Shown: in pieces, positions 1-8,417 of the stretch | Position numbering within the stretch: the first letter of the stretch is position 1 | Layout: each line of letters starts with the position of its first letter | Virus record (IMG/VR): IMGVR_UViG_648276647_000004 | Span: 1 to 43,461 of that record | Strand: one strand, 5' to 3' | Source: a virus | Taxonomy: Duplodnaviria > Heunggongvirae > Uroviricota > Caudoviricetes | Length of the DNA stretch: 43,461 nucleotides | Made by a program: the position numbers and the translations under genes | Notes under the pieces: generated by a model | What the model was told of the DNA's origin: nothing | Databases searched by the model: none | What the model saw: the letters and a program-made list of their open reading frames with translations, nothing else

Positions 1-381
1 ATACACCGTTCCCTGATACTCACCAGGCATCACGGCAATATACTGGCGCTTGTTGGTACGCTTGATAATTGCCGCATCTACCGCCGCCTGAATCGTGGTA
101 TGCGTTACACCTTGAGTACCCGCCGGGCCGACAACAAAGTCAGGTTGCGCAGGCAGGGTAATCGGGGAAGGATTCCACGCTGCCGCACCTGGTGTCAGGG
201 ATGCAAAATAGTGTTGAGCATCGAAATTCTGCGCTTCTTTTGCCGACAGAATCGGGCGAGAAGAGGTACCAGGCGCGGTTTGATCAGAAGGACGTTGATC
301 GGGCGGTGTTGAGCTACAGGCGGTCAGCGTCACGCCAAAAGCCAATGCCAGCGCCAGACGGGAAACTGAAAATGTGTTCAC
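1..381 (-). CDS. ybhC: Chromosomal lipoprotein/pectinesterase-family protein YbhC, N-terminal 127 codons (3' end lies beyond the window start)
   Basis: Reverse frame open from base 1 to GTG at 379-381 with GGAG 6 nt upstream; translation MNTFSVSRLALALAFGVTLTACSS... (signal peptide plus lipobox-like LTAC) recognised from memory as the gene flanking attB-lambda. Confidence 0.7.
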   Translation of the reverse strand, partial: MNTFSVSRLALALAFGVTLTACSSTPPDQRPSDQTAPGTSSRPILSAKEAQNFDAQHYFASLTPGAAAWNPSPITLPAQPDFVVGPAGTQGVTHTTIQAAVDAAIIKRTNKRQYIAVMPGEYQGTVY

Positions 382-427
382 AGGTTGCTCCGGGCTATGA
401 AATAGAAAAATGAATCCGTTGAAGCCT

Positions 428-442
428 GCTTTTTTATACTAA
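428..442. other. attL core (O) GCTTTTTTATACTAA
   Basis: Exact 15-bp lambda att core; B-arm sequence gaaatagaaaaatgaatccgttgaagcctgc to its left. Confidence 0.9.
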
Positions 443-515
443 GTTGGCATTATAAAAAAGCATTGCTTATCAATTTGTTGCAACGAACAGGTCACTATCA
501 GTCAAAATAAAATCA
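443..515. promoter_or_regulatory. att P' arm with Int arm-type binding sites
   Basis: gttggcattataaaaaagcattgcttatcaatttgttgcaacgaacaggtcactatcagtcaaaataaaatcattatttg matches the lambda P' arm and contains arm-type repeats aggtcactat / cagtcaaaat. Confidence 0.8.
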
Positions 516-1586
516 TTATTTGATTTCAATTTTGTCCCACTCCCTGCCTCTGTCATCACGATACTGTGATGCCATGGTGTCCGACTTATGCCCGAGAAGA
601 TGTTGAGCAAACTTATCGCTTATCTGCTTCTCATAGAGTCTTGCAGACAAACTGCGCAACTCGTGAAAGGTAGGCGGATCCCCTTCGAAGGAAAGACCTG
701 ATGCTTTTCGTGCGCGCATAAAATACCTTGATACTGTGCCGGATGAAAGCGGTTCACGACGAGTAGATGCAATTATGGTTTCTCCGCCAAGAATCTCTTT
801 GCATTTATCAAGTGTTTCCTTCATTGATATCCCGAGAGCATCAACATGCAATGTTGTTGGGATGGCAATTTTTACGCCTGTTTTGCTTTGCTCGACATAA
901 AGATATCCATCTACGATATCAGACCACTTCATTTCGCATAAATCACCAACTCGTTGCCCGGTAACAACAGCCAGTTCCATTGCAAGTCTGAGCCAACATG
1001 GTGATGATTCTGCTGCTTGATAAATTTTCAGGTATTCGTCAGCCGTAAGTCTTGATCTCCTTACCTCTGATTTTGCTGCGCGAGTGGCAGCGACAGGGTT
1101 TGTTGTTATATGGCCTTCAGCTATTGCCTCTCGGAATGCATCGCTCAGTGTTGATCTGATTAACTTGGCTGACGCCGCCTTGCCCTCGTCTATGTATCCA
1201 TTGAGCATTGCCGCAATTTCTTTTGTGGTGATGTCTTCAAGTGGAGCATCAGGCAGCCCCCTCCTTATTGCTTTAATTTTGCTCATGTAATTTATGAGTG
1301 TCTTCTGCTTGATTCCTCTGCTGGCCAGGATTTTTTCGTAGCGATCAAGCCATGAATGTAACGTAACGGAATTATCACTGTTGATTCTCGCTGTCAGAGG
1401 CTTGTGTTTGTGTCCTGAAAATAACTCAATGTTGGCCTGTATGGCTTCAGTGATTGCGATTCGCCTGTCTCTGCCTAATCCAAACTCTTTACCCGTCCTT
1501 GGGTCCCTGTAGCAGTAATATCCATTGTTTCTTATATAAAGGTTAGGGGGTAAATCCCGGCGCTCATGACTTCGCCTTCTTCCCAT
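516..1586 (-). CDS. int: Lambda-type integrase (tyrosine recombinase), 356 aa
   Basis: Translation MGRRRSHERRDLPPNLYIRNNGYYCYRDPRTGKEF... matches lambda Int over its length; adjacent to att. Confidence 0.95.
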   Translation of the reverse strand: MGRRRSHERRDLPPNLYIRNNGYYCYRDPRTGKEFGLGRDRRIAITEAIQANIELFSGHKHKPLTARINSDNSVTLHSWLDRYEKILASRGIKQKTLINYMSKIKAIRRGLPDAPLEDITTKEIAAMLNGYIDEGKAASAKLIRSTLSDAFREAIAEGHITTNPVAATRAAKSEVRRSRLTADEYLKIYQAAESSPCWLRLAMELAVVTGQRVGDLCEMKWSDIVDGYLYVEQSKTGVKIAIPTTLHVDALGISMKETLDKCKEILGGETIIASTRREPLSSGTVSRYFMRARKASGLSFEGDPPTFHELRSLSARLYEKQISDKFAQHLLGHKSDTMASQYRDDRGREWDKIEIK

Positions 1587-1782
1587 TTCTGATCCTCTTC
1601 AAAAGGCTACCTGTTACTGGTCGATTTAAGTCAACCTTTACCGCTGATTCGTGGAACAGATATTCTCTTCCATCCTTAACCGGAGGAGGGAATATCCTGC
1701 ATTCGCGCACCCATCGACGAACTGTTTCAAGGCTTCTTGGGCGTCGCTGGCGAGCGTTCCACTCCTGAAGTGTCAAGTACAT
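1564..1782 (-). CDS. xis: Excisionase, 72 aa
   Basis: Translation MYLTLQEWNARQRRPRSLETVRRWVRECRIFPPPVKDGREYLF... is lambda Xis; overlaps int start as in lambda. Confidence 0.95.
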   Translation of the reverse strand: MYLTLQEWNARQRRPRSLETVRRWVRECRIFPPPVKDGREYLFHESAVKVDLNRPVTGSLLKRIRNGKKAKS

Positions 1783-1804
1783 CGCAAAGTCTCCGCAATT
1801 ACAC

Positions 1805-1830
1805 GCAAGAAAAAACCGCCATCAGGCGGC
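1805..1830 (-). terminator. Stem-loop plus U-run (minus strand): CCGCC-tgat-GGCGG followed by TTTTTTCTTG
   Basis: Perfect 5-bp GC stem, 4-nt loop, T6 run on the minus strand; stop codon of the upstream small ORF lies in the loop. Confidence 0.5.
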
Positions 1831-1989
1831 TTGGTGTTCTTTCAGTTCTTCAATTCGAATATTGGTTATGTCTGCATGTGCTATCTGCGCCCATATCATC
1901 CAGTGGTCGTAGCAGTCGTTGATGTTCTCTGCTTCGATAACTCTGTTGAATGGCTCTCCATTCCATTCACCTGTGACTCGGAAGTGCAT
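1822..1989 (-). CDS. Small hypothetical protein (55 aa), below the ORF-track size cutoff
   Basis: ATG...TGA open frame MHFRVTGEWNGEPFNRVIEAENINDCYDHWMIWAQIAHADITNIRIEELKEHQAA in the leftward operon, ending in the terminator hairpin. Confidence 0.4.
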   Translation of the reverse strand: MHFRVTGEWNGEPFNRVIEAENINDCYDHWMIWAQIAHADITNIRIEELKEHQAA

Positions 1990-2060
1990 TTATCATCTCC
2001 ATAAAACAAAACCCGCCGTAGCGAGTTCAGATAAAAGAAATCCCCGCGAGTGCGAGGATG

Positions 2061-2345
2061 TTATTCATTGCCGATATTCACCTTTATCGCGAACACCTTT
2101 ACCGGTTTATCACCGAAGTGTGGATGTATGATTGTCTTGATTTCATACCCGTCATACGGGACGTCAATTCTACGGCTGGAATCGTCGCGCTTCGGATATC
2201 CCTTTGTGATAATCAGACGGTCATATTCCCGGAACATAATTCGCTTATTCCAGTAGTCATTGCACAGGCGATACTCTTCCGTTTTCTCTCCGCGAATCAT
2301 GGCATCGAAGTATTCACCTTTGACGGCAAGTTGCAGGTTAGCCAT
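2061..2345 (-). CDS. Hypothetical early-region protein (94 aa), possibly ASCH/DUF3850-like
   Basis: ORF in leftward operon, start overlaps stop of next gene; family assignment is a weak guess from the N-terminal KGEYFDAMIRGEKTEEYR pattern. Confidence 0.5.
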   Translation of the reverse strand: MANLQLAVKGEYFDAMIRGEKTEEYRLCNDYWNKRIMFREYDRLIITKGYPKRDDSSRRIDVPYDGYEIKTIIHPHFGDKPVKVFAIKVNIGNE

Positions 2346-3012
2346 GGTTAACCTCCTGCGGCGGTTCTGGTAGCGGCATCCAGTGAGTTATTTCATCGGC
2401 AAAGATATCTGAGTTAAGTTCCGTCCAACTATTCCAATACCCAGATTCATCCCACCATTTAACCTCGACATGCTCGCCGTCGGTCACTAACACATCAGCA
2501 TACCCTTTCGGCATTCGCTCACTACAGCTTATCCAACCATCCGGAGTTACCGGAGAGTTGCCACCGGGAATATTTTCCGGAATATTTTGTTGTGCGTTTT
2601 GTGGTTGTTCGGATTTACCCTGAAGCATGGCGGCGCGGCAGGCGTTCCAGCCAGCTGTTCGCCCAAGCGCGTAAACTTCAGATGGCTCAAGATAATCAAT
2701 GTCATGCCCGTCCTCATCGTCGTTCTCAGGTAATGCAGCAGGTACTACCGGTACTGGCGGAGCGGCGTAGACTTCAATAATCCCATTATCAATAGGCCAT
2801 TCCCCATCCTTGATGTAGTCACTTGTGCCGTCAACTTGCTGTTCTGCAATGTGGAATGCGCCAATAGGCTCTGCTTCCAGCGATGCCAGTGCAATACGCA
2901 GGGCAGCCAGGATATTCCCCTGGTAATCATCAAGCCCGAAAGGAAGCTCATCACGAACGCTTTCATAATCGTTGATAGCCTGCTGCAGCCATTCTCTTGT
3001 GATAGTGCTCAT
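2338..3012 (-). CDS. Phage protein with C-terminal DUF551-like domain (224 aa)
   Basis: C-terminal ...DGEHVEVKWWDESGYWNSWTEL... tryptophan-rich motif typical of DUF551 prophage proteins; operon context. Confidence 0.55.
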   Translation of the reverse strand: MSTITREWLQQAINDYESVRDELPFGLDDYQGNILAALRIALASLEAEPIGAFHIAEQQVDGTSDYIKDGEWPIDNGIIEVYAAPPVPVVPAALPENDDEDGHDIDYLEPSEVYALGRTAGWNACRAAMLQGKSEQPQNAQQNIPENIPGGNSPVTPDGWISCSERMPKGYADVLVTDGEHVEVKWWDESGYWNSWTELNSDIFADEITHWMPLPEPPQEVNHG

Positions 3013-3614
3013 GATGCCTCTCCTTTACATGCTTCGGTGACGTTTATTCCAGCGTTGTGCAGTGCCTCAAGAACCTGATGCTGCCTGTAAACCATTTCAG
3101 TGTGGTAAGGCTCGTCAAAATCGACGCGATGCAACATGCTATAGCATTGCGGAAGCACAACCTCCCGCAACTCCAGCTCAGCAATGCGCTTCTCTGCGGC
3201 TTCCAGCTTCTCGCGCATATCGTCAACGTACTCGACCAGAGATCCGCCAGCAGGAATTTCGCACTCCTCGACCAGTTGGAAGTAGATATCAGCTGCGGCC
3301 CGTGTGTTGCTATGCCTAGCGTCGCCCATCTCACCTTCACGAAGAGCATCGCGTTCGGCGGTAAGATTGGCTATTTTGCTGTCTTTGCCTTCCAGCTCAA
3401 CGCGCAGCTTCCCTACCGTTAGCGCAATTTCCTCGTTCTCCTGGTCGCGGGATTTGATGTATTGCTGGTTCCTTTCCCGTTCATCCAGTAGTGCCAGCAC
3501 AACCTGAGGTGTGACCTTCATACGAAATGCCAGCAATTTTTGTGGTGTGGCTGCTATTTTTATTGCTTCTGCCGCATCACGCAGTGCCTGATAGTCAATT
3601 GTCATTCTCGCCAT
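3009..3614 (-). CDS. Ead/Ea22-like coiled-coil protein (201 aa)
   Basis: Heptad-rich central region (LTVGKLRVELEGKDSKIANLTAERDALRE...) and position between xis and recombination genes resemble lambda Ea22-family proteins. Confidence 0.5.
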   Translation of the reverse strand: MARMTIDYQALRDAAEAIKIAATPQKLLAFRMKVTPQVVLALLDERERNQQYIKSRDQENEEIALTVGKLRVELEGKDSKIANLTAERDALREGEMGDARHSNTRAAADIYFQLVEECEIPAGGSLVEYVDDMREKLEAAEKRIAELELREVVLPQCYSMLHRVDFDEPYHTEMVYRQHQVLEALHNAGINVTEACKGEAS

Positions 3615-3922
3615 CCTTCACAGTTGTAATCACTACAGCCTTCAAAATCATATGGGCTGTACTGCCAGGAGATTTTTCCGCAATGCGGACAATTCCAACG
3701 CACCTTCCCGCTTCGCGACTTCTTTCTTCTGTTCTGCTCTTTCAACCAGTCAGGCATGACCAAACCTGCGCCCTGAACCATTGTTCTGCGGTTAAAGTTA
3801 TTGATATTGAACGTCCTGCGCTTTGCTGCATCAGCAATGGAAAATGGCAACCAAACTATTCCTGGTTCGTTTTTGTTGGCGACGCTAAAGATGGTCGCTT
3901 TACTGAAGTCATCTGTTGGCAA
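3602..3922 (-). CDS. Hypothetical protein with C-terminal Cys4 zinc-ribbon motif (CPHCG...CSDYNC); has no ATG start, continuous in frame with upstream ORF across a TAG
   Basis: Open frame; only TTG/internal ATG starts available; see finding on in-frame amber codon. Confidence 0.4.
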   Translation of the reverse strand: MPTDDFSKATIFSVANKNEPGIVWLPFSIADAAKRRTFNINNFNRRTMVQGAGLVMPDWLKEQNRRKKSRSGKVRWNCPHCGKISWQYSPYDFEGCSDYNCEGWRE

Positions 3923-3937
3923 TCCACCGTGTTGAAG

Positions 3938-4246
3938 CTAGTAAACATCGTTGCCGTTCCAGCTACCTTTTTTGTAGGCCACATACGCAGTGCAATCTGA
4001 CTCAATCAGGCTTTCTGTAGGGATGTACTGGCAATCAACGTGCCACACTGCCATTGCATCCACGCTATCAGCGCAAACAGGCTGATCGATATCTCGCCCA
4101 CAATTCCAGGCTTTTTGGGCTTCTTCCAGCGTGTAAACATGAGCGCGATCGATATCAGAACTGTAACCATTGCCGTTATGGCAATGGAATGAAGCGTTAT
4201 TGCCCACAGTTTCACGCGAGCACATCATGTAAAAACGGTTAGTCAC
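3938..4246 (-). CDS. Hypothetical Cys/His-rich protein (about 102 aa from GTG)
   Basis: AAAGGAGG 6 nt upstream of GTG at 4246 that overlaps the TGA of the upstream small ORF; ends at TAG 3938-3940. Confidence 0.45.
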   Translation of the reverse strand: MTNRFYMMCSRETVGNNASFHCHNGNGYSSDIDRAHVYTLEEAQKAWNCGRDIDQPVCADSVDAMAVWHVDCQYIPTESLIESDCTAYVAYKKGSWNGNDVY

Positions 4247-4410
4247 TGGCTGCCTCCTTTGCGCCACATCGCATTCAGATATTTGTTTTCATTCACTGAT
4301 GGAAAAGAATTTCTCTTAAGTAATTCCTCTCTCGATGGCATTGGCTTTACGCGTTGGCGAATAATCATTTCTGCCGGAAGAATGCCGGGATTGTATGCAA
4401 GTCCTCTCAT
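4243..4410 (-). CDS. Small hypothetical protein (55 aa)
   Basis: ATG at 4410 overlaps the TGA of the upstream gene (ATGA), [55 protein letters not shown]; not in ORF track (size cutoff). Confidence 0.4.
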   Translation of the reverse strand: MRGLAYNPGILPAEMIIRQRVKPMPSREELLKRNSFPSVNENKYLNAMWRKGGSQ

Positions 4411-4697
4411 GATTTACTCTCCACGAACTGGTCAATAGCCATGCTAAGTGACATACCTAAAGCTTCGATATGCTGCTGAATATCCTGTAGCGTCCGCGCC
4501 TGAGATAACAGAATTTCACGGTTGCATAACTCTTTAACCAGATGCTCAAACTTGCTGTAATAACCGATACGGCTTAGTGTTTCTTTCCCTGCATTCTCGC
4601 CTTCTTTGATAATTCCTCTTTCGCTAAGAATCAGATCGTGTTTGGTTCCGGTAATAACGTATTTTCCGAGGTCGATGTTTAGCTTCATTGTTTTCAT
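4407..4697 (-). CDS. Hypothetical early protein (96 aa)
   Basis: Internal ATG at 4697 preceded by GAGGAA; the longer track ORF (to 4850) would overlap the upstream gene. Confidence 0.55.
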   Translation of the reverse strand: MKTMKLNIDLGKYVITGTKHDLILSERGIIKEGENAGKETLSRIGYYSKFEHLVKELCNREILLSQARTLQDIQQHIEALGMSLSMAIDQFVESKS

Positions 4698-4707
4698 TGT
4701 TAATTCC

Positions 4708-5004
4708 TCAGTCATTACTGATAGCGCCATAGCGTGAGCGGTAATTACGCAGGCGCGGGTCGATATATTCAGGGAAGTGGGTATATGTGGCTTTGCGGAA
4801 TGGTCGGATTGATGTCTGGTAAATTCGCTCGCGTTCTTCTTTCTCTGCAAGCCATATACAGTGGCGAAATTCCTTTTCCTCTTTCGTTTCCTGCGGTAGC
4901 GACATTATCCGATCGTAGTTTTTTCTGAATTTATCCAGCACCTCCGATACGGAATTGCCGGAACAGCGGCGCGCGTCATCCGCACCATACAGAGGCGCTG
5001 GCAT
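4708..5004 (-). CDS. Hypothetical early protein (98 aa)
   Basis: ORF in leftward operon, compact spacing with neighbours. Confidence 0.55.
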   Translation of the reverse strand: MPAPLYGADDARRCSGNSVSEVLDKFRKNYDRIMSLPQETKEEKEFRHCIWLAEKEERERIYQTSIRPFRKATYTHFPEYIDPRLRNYRSRYGAISND

Positions 5005-5020
5005 GGTTTTCTCCTGTTGA

Positions 5021-5569
5021 TTATTTAGCTAACTTTTTCCAGATCGCTGAAACGTATTTGGCTTGGTGAATGGCATCATCAAGCGCGTTGTGGCGAGTTC
5101 CTTTGAATGGCATATCTCGCTTAGGGTCGAATCCTATTACCTTCCCAAGTTCGACGATTGTTCTTACGTCGCGGTCATTCCACCACTGCCACGGAACTGG
5201 CTGCCCTGTCAGCGAATAACTGTTTCGGAGAATAACGCAGTCAAATGATGCTCCATTCCCCCAAACCTGAACGAATTTGTGGTTAGCGTTCTTTATGATG
5301 AATTCAGATAACCATGAAAGAGCCGTTGAAAGCTCCTGAGTGTTGCTGGTTAGCGATTTTCTGGCTTCTTCACTCTGTTCCAGCCACCATAAAATCGTTG
5401 AAGCGTCAGGACGCGCTCGATATCGCATTGATGATTCAAGCGAGATATTTACCGAGAACTCTTCTCCTGTTTCTCCGGTATTCGGGTCAAAGAATACCGC
5501 CCCAATAGAAATAACTGGCGCGTATGGCCCGTTGCCCATTGTTTCAAGGTCAACCATCAAGTGATTCAT
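5021..5569 (-). CDS. DnaQ-like DEDD-family 3'-5' exonuclease (182 aa)
   Basis: N-terminal MVDLETMGN (Exo I D-x-E motif) and C-terminal H...D motif (RHNALDDAIHQAKY) typical of DEDDh exonucleases. Confidence 0.65.
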   Translation of the reverse strand: MNHLMVDLETMGNGPYAPVISIGAVFFDPNTGETGEEFSVNISLESSMRYRARPDASTILWWLEQSEEARKSLTSNTQELSTALSWLSEFIIKNANHKFVQVWGNGASFDCVILRNSYSLTGQPVPWQWWNDRDVRTIVELGKVIGFDPKRDMPFKGTRHNALDDAIHQAKYVSAIWKKLAK

Positions 5570-5577
5570 GTAAGTCC

Positions 5578-6084
5578 TTAAATTGCGTGAATAGCGTGAC
5601 GAGGGAAGGGGAGAGTTACTGGTGCAAAGGGGATATCGTCGTCAAAATCCATCGGAGGTTCGTTGTGTTGTGCTGGTGATGATTGCTGCTGTGGCTTCTG
5701 TGATTGCCTGCTGGATGCTTGTTGTTTGCTGTCGCCAATGCCGCCAAGCATTTGCATCACACCATTAATTCCGACATGAACCTCGGTTGTGTAACGGTCT
5801 TGCCCTGACTGGTCTTTCCACTTTCTGGTTCTCAGCATTCCCTCGAAATAAATCTGATCACCTTTTTTCACATACTGCCCCACGACCTCAGCCAGTTTCC
5901 CGGATACAGCAACACGATGCCATTCAGTCAATTCCTTTTGCTCGCCAGTATTTTTATCTCGCCATTGTTCTGACGTGGCTATTGTCAGGTTAGCGAACGC
6001 TGTTCCTGATGGTGAGTATCGAACTTCCGGGTCTTGTCCTACCCGACCAAGGATAATCACCTTATTTACGCCTCTGCTTGCCAT
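5578..6084 (-). CDS. ssb: Single-stranded DNA-binding protein with atypical 15-residue C-terminal extension
   Basis: OB-fold N-terminus [23 protein letters not shown]..., Gln/Pro-rich linker and acidic tail [11 protein letters not shown], but the frame continues [15 protein letters not shown] before the stop. Confidence 0.85.
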   Translation of the reverse strand: MASRGVNKVIILGRVGQDPEVRYSPSGTAFANLTIATSEQWRDKNTGEQKELTEWHRVAVSGKLAEVVGQYVKKGDQIYFEGMLRTRKWKDQSGQDRYTTEVHVGINGVMQMLGGIGDSKQQASSRQSQKPQQQSSPAQHNEPPMDFDDDIPFAPVTLPFPRHAIHAI

Positions 6085-6792
6085 TTATGCCGCCTGTTTT
6101 AGTTCGTTAACTCTGATGTTCATTACCTGAACGCATTTAGCCTGCGCCTCCTCGTTGCCAGCCATTAATTGCCAGTCACGCTGATAACGCTCGATGAGTT
6201 TTTTCTTGTCAGTTTCTGTTGACGCATAATCGCTGAAGTCTTTCAGGATTTGTTCGCAGTCAACCGATGGAGATTTCTGGTTGGTATTTTCTGGTGATGG
6301 TTTGTTATCTGATGCTGGGATTGCCCATCCCGGCAGCGATGGAGGGAGCCAGTAAAATCCTGTTCCATCCTTGAGTTTTGCCCTGTGCCATCCCTGCTTT
6401 TTATCGAGAGATGTTTGTGCAAAACCTTCCTCAAGGTTATACAGATACCGACCGATTCCCCACTGAACGGCAGCGCGCTTCATTGCACCGGAACGACCGC
6501 CTTTGACGGCTTCTACCTGCGTGTTTTCAGCAGCATCCCATTTGGTTACCCATTCGGAATCAATCTTGATTGATATGCCGCATTCAACTCCGCCGTTGTT
6601 GGGAATATCGCGGTATTCATTGCGCCATCCTGCTTTGCCGCAAACATCGTCCAGGCGCTTCATGATTGCCCGGTTCGTGACATAAGCCAGCACCATAGCC
6701 CACACCTTGCCATCGCGTGTTTTACCGCTTTGCTGTATTCGCCATTCGATATCTTCAGGGCTGAATGGCTCATCGAATTTGTTCAAATCCAT
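6085..6792 (-). CDS. Single-strand annealing protein, Rad52/Sak-like recombinase (235 aa)
   Basis: Position immediately upstream of ssb and exonuclease in a recombination module; sequence pattern resembles Rad52/22-family prophage recombinases (from memory, not searched). Confidence 0.55.
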   Translation of the reverse strand: MDLNKFDEPFSPEDIEWRIQQSGKTRDGKVWAMVLAYVTNRAIMKRLDDVCGKAGWRNEYRDIPNNGGVECGISIKIDSEWVTKWDAAENTQVEAVKGGRSGAMKRAAVQWGIGRYLYNLEEGFAQTSLDKKQGWHRAKLKDGTGFYWLPPSLPGWAIPASDNKPSPENTNQKSPSVDCEQILKDFSDYASTETDKKKLIERYQRDWQLMAGNEEAQAKCVQVMNIRVNELKQAA

Positions 6793-6891
6793 AATTCACC
6801 TCAGAATGGACACGGCCCAAGGAAATAACGCTGATTTAATACTTCGACTCGGGACAAATTAAGGCATACCCGCATTCCTTCGCGGTCGCCA

Positions 6892-7050
6892 TTATGGCGA
6901 TACCAGAGAGCTTTCTGCGTGTACATGCGTCTCTGTAACTTGCTCTCCTTCACTGTGGTTGCAAGTGACATGAATATCTCCTTCGTTACCGATTAATTCT
7001 TTCATCTGACGAATGAATTCTTCGTCTGACCAGTTATCCGTAAAACTCAT
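6892..7050 (-). CDS. Small hypothetical protein (52 aa)
   Basis: ATG at 7050 overlaps cIII-like stop (ATGA). Confidence 0.35.
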   Translation of the reverse strand: MSFTDNWSDEEFIRQMKELIGNEGDIHVTCNHSEGEQVTETHVHAESSLVSP

Positions 7051-7217
7051 GGACGGCCTTGTTGTTTCAAAATATCCCAAAGCTTTTCGAGCAAACTTTT
7101 CATTCTTGGTTGTTTAAAGTCTGCTCCGGTTAAAATATTTTTTCGTGAATGCTGTACCGATAAAATCGGGTTGAAAGGGCGAACCGATGCCGCCCCTGCA
7201 ATAGCGAACTGTTGCAT
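7047..7217 (-). CDS. cIII: CIII-like protein (FtsH inhibitor homolog), 56 aa
   Basis: MQQFAIAGAASVRPFNPILSVQHSRKNILTGADFKQPRMKSLLEKLWDILKQQGRP resembles lambda CIII (MQYAIAG...SLLER...LIDILNQPGVP); GGAG 7 nt upstream of ATG. Confidence 0.7.
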   Translation of the reverse strand: MQQFAIAGAASVRPFNPILSVQHSRKNILTGADFKQPRMKSLLEKLWDILKQQGRP

Positions 7218-7424
7218 AGGATGCTCCTTCTGTTTGATTGCATAACGAAAACGCCTCGAGTGAAGCGTTATTGGTATGCATATAAAAAAGCCCCCACACT
7301 GGAGGGCAAAGAAGATTTCCAATAATCAGAACAAGTCGGCTCCTGTTTAGTTACGAGCGACATTGCTCCGTGTATTCACTCGTTGGAATGAATACACAGT
7401 GCAGTGTTTATTCTGTTGTTAGTG

Positions 7425-7452
7425 CCAAAAATAAAGGCCGACTATGCGGCCT
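7425..7452 (-). terminator. Rho-independent terminator (minus strand) downstream of membrane-protein gene
   Basis: AGGCCG-catagt-CGGCCT stem-loop followed by TTTATTTTTGG on the minus strand, just 3' of the stop at 7457. Confidence 0.6.
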
Positions 7453-7456
7453 GAAA

Positions 7457-7906
7457 TTACTTAACCAATGATGCTGCATATTCGATAAGGTAAAGCTTTG
7501 GAGCCAGCCAAATTTTTAACCAAGTCATATTGGTTACTGCACCAATAATAAAAATCCCCCACAGAGCCAAAACTCCAACCAATGGCATGATAAGAAGATT
7601 AATATCACCTTTGCTATCCCAAACCATTGTCGGCCTGTATTTGGGATTTCCCCTCTCCCATGAGTATCCTTCATCACCGATTTTACCTGTCTCAACTCTT
7701 TGGCACTGCTTCTTCATAAACCAGAAAACCAGTGGGATTGTTAGAATGGCTATTAATGTTTTAATCAGACTGTCAACCATATTCCATAGCAGCAACTGAT
7801 GAACAACATCAGGAATCTGTGCCTGGCTAAATGAAACAGCCGCGTCTATTCCATTACTGGCTTTTTGCAGTAGTTCTACGAGAATCTTGTTTGCTTGTTC
7901 TTCCAT
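7457..7906 (-). CDS. Membrane protein (149 aa, two predicted TM segments), possible SieB-like superinfection exclusion protein
   Basis: Hydrophobic segments LIKTLIAILTIPLVFWF and LIMPLVGVLALWGIFIIGAV; positional analogy to sieB between N and cIII; terminator-flanked. Confidence 0.45.
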   Translation of the reverse strand: MEEQANKILVELLQKASNGIDAAVSFSQAQIPDVVHQLLLWNMVDSLIKTLIAILTIPLVFWFMKKQCQRVETGKIGDEGYSWERGNPKYRPTMVWDSKGDINLLIMPLVGVLALWGIFIIGAVTNMTWLKIWLAPKLYLIEYAASLVK

Positions 7907-7965
7907 ATATCACCTTGATTGTAATAAGCATGAAATTATTTACGGCTAAAAAATAAAGGCCACCA

Positions 7966-8217
7966 TCAGGCAGCCTTGTTGTAAATGTTGCAGGTATCAA
8001 GTAAGTAATTAGATGGAGCGCCATAAATTATGAATTCATCGTTTGTCGGGTCCATCTCCATCTCTTGGCCTATTGCCATTCTTGCGTCAGTGTCATCAGC
8101 GGCGAAGCATAAAACAGCCCACGCACCCATTGTTTTAAAAAGAACTGCAATTGGCTGTGGTTTTACTGAATTTGCGTTAGCGCGAAAATCACAAATCGCA
8201 CTTTCATGAAACTCCAT
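7966..8217 (-). CDS. Hypothetical protein (83 aa) downstream of N
   Basis: ORF ending inside an imperfect hairpin plus T-run (7945-7975); occupies the ral-like position. Confidence 0.45.
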   Translation of the reverse strand: MEFHESAICDFRANANSVKPQPIAVLFKTMGAWAVLCFAADDTDARMAIGQEMEMDPTNDEFIIYGAPSNYLLDTCNIYNKAA

Positions 8218-8271
8218 ATCTCACCTCAAATAAGTGGTTTGCTGCGAAAGTAAATGCGCTTAAGTTACCTG

Positions 8272-8409
8272 TTATTTATCCCACCAAGTTCCGTATCTAT
8301 CTATCCAGTTACACCAATCATCGACACTCCATTTTGTTGTGTCGCATTTTGGCAACTGGCATGAATATCTACCTTCTTTGTAAAGTCGGCGTTTGACTTT
8401 CTTGAGCAT
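8272..8409 (-). CDS. Small Cys/Trp-rich hypothetical protein (45 aa)
   Basis: ATG at 8409 preceded by GAGGTGA; MLKKVKRRLYKEGRYSCQLPKCDTTKWSVDDWCNWIDRYGTWWDK; not in ORF track. Confidence 0.35.
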   Translation of the reverse strand: MLKKVKRRLYKEGRYSCQLPKCDTTKWSVDDWCNWIDRYGTWWDK

Positions 8410-8417
8410 GGCTCACC

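Noticed and set aside
2058..2351. 97-aa plus-strand ORF mirroring the 94-aa minus-strand gene
   Set aside because: All neighbouring early-left genes are minus-strand with coupled starts/stops; the plus-strand ORF lacks an RBS and is taken as the shadow.
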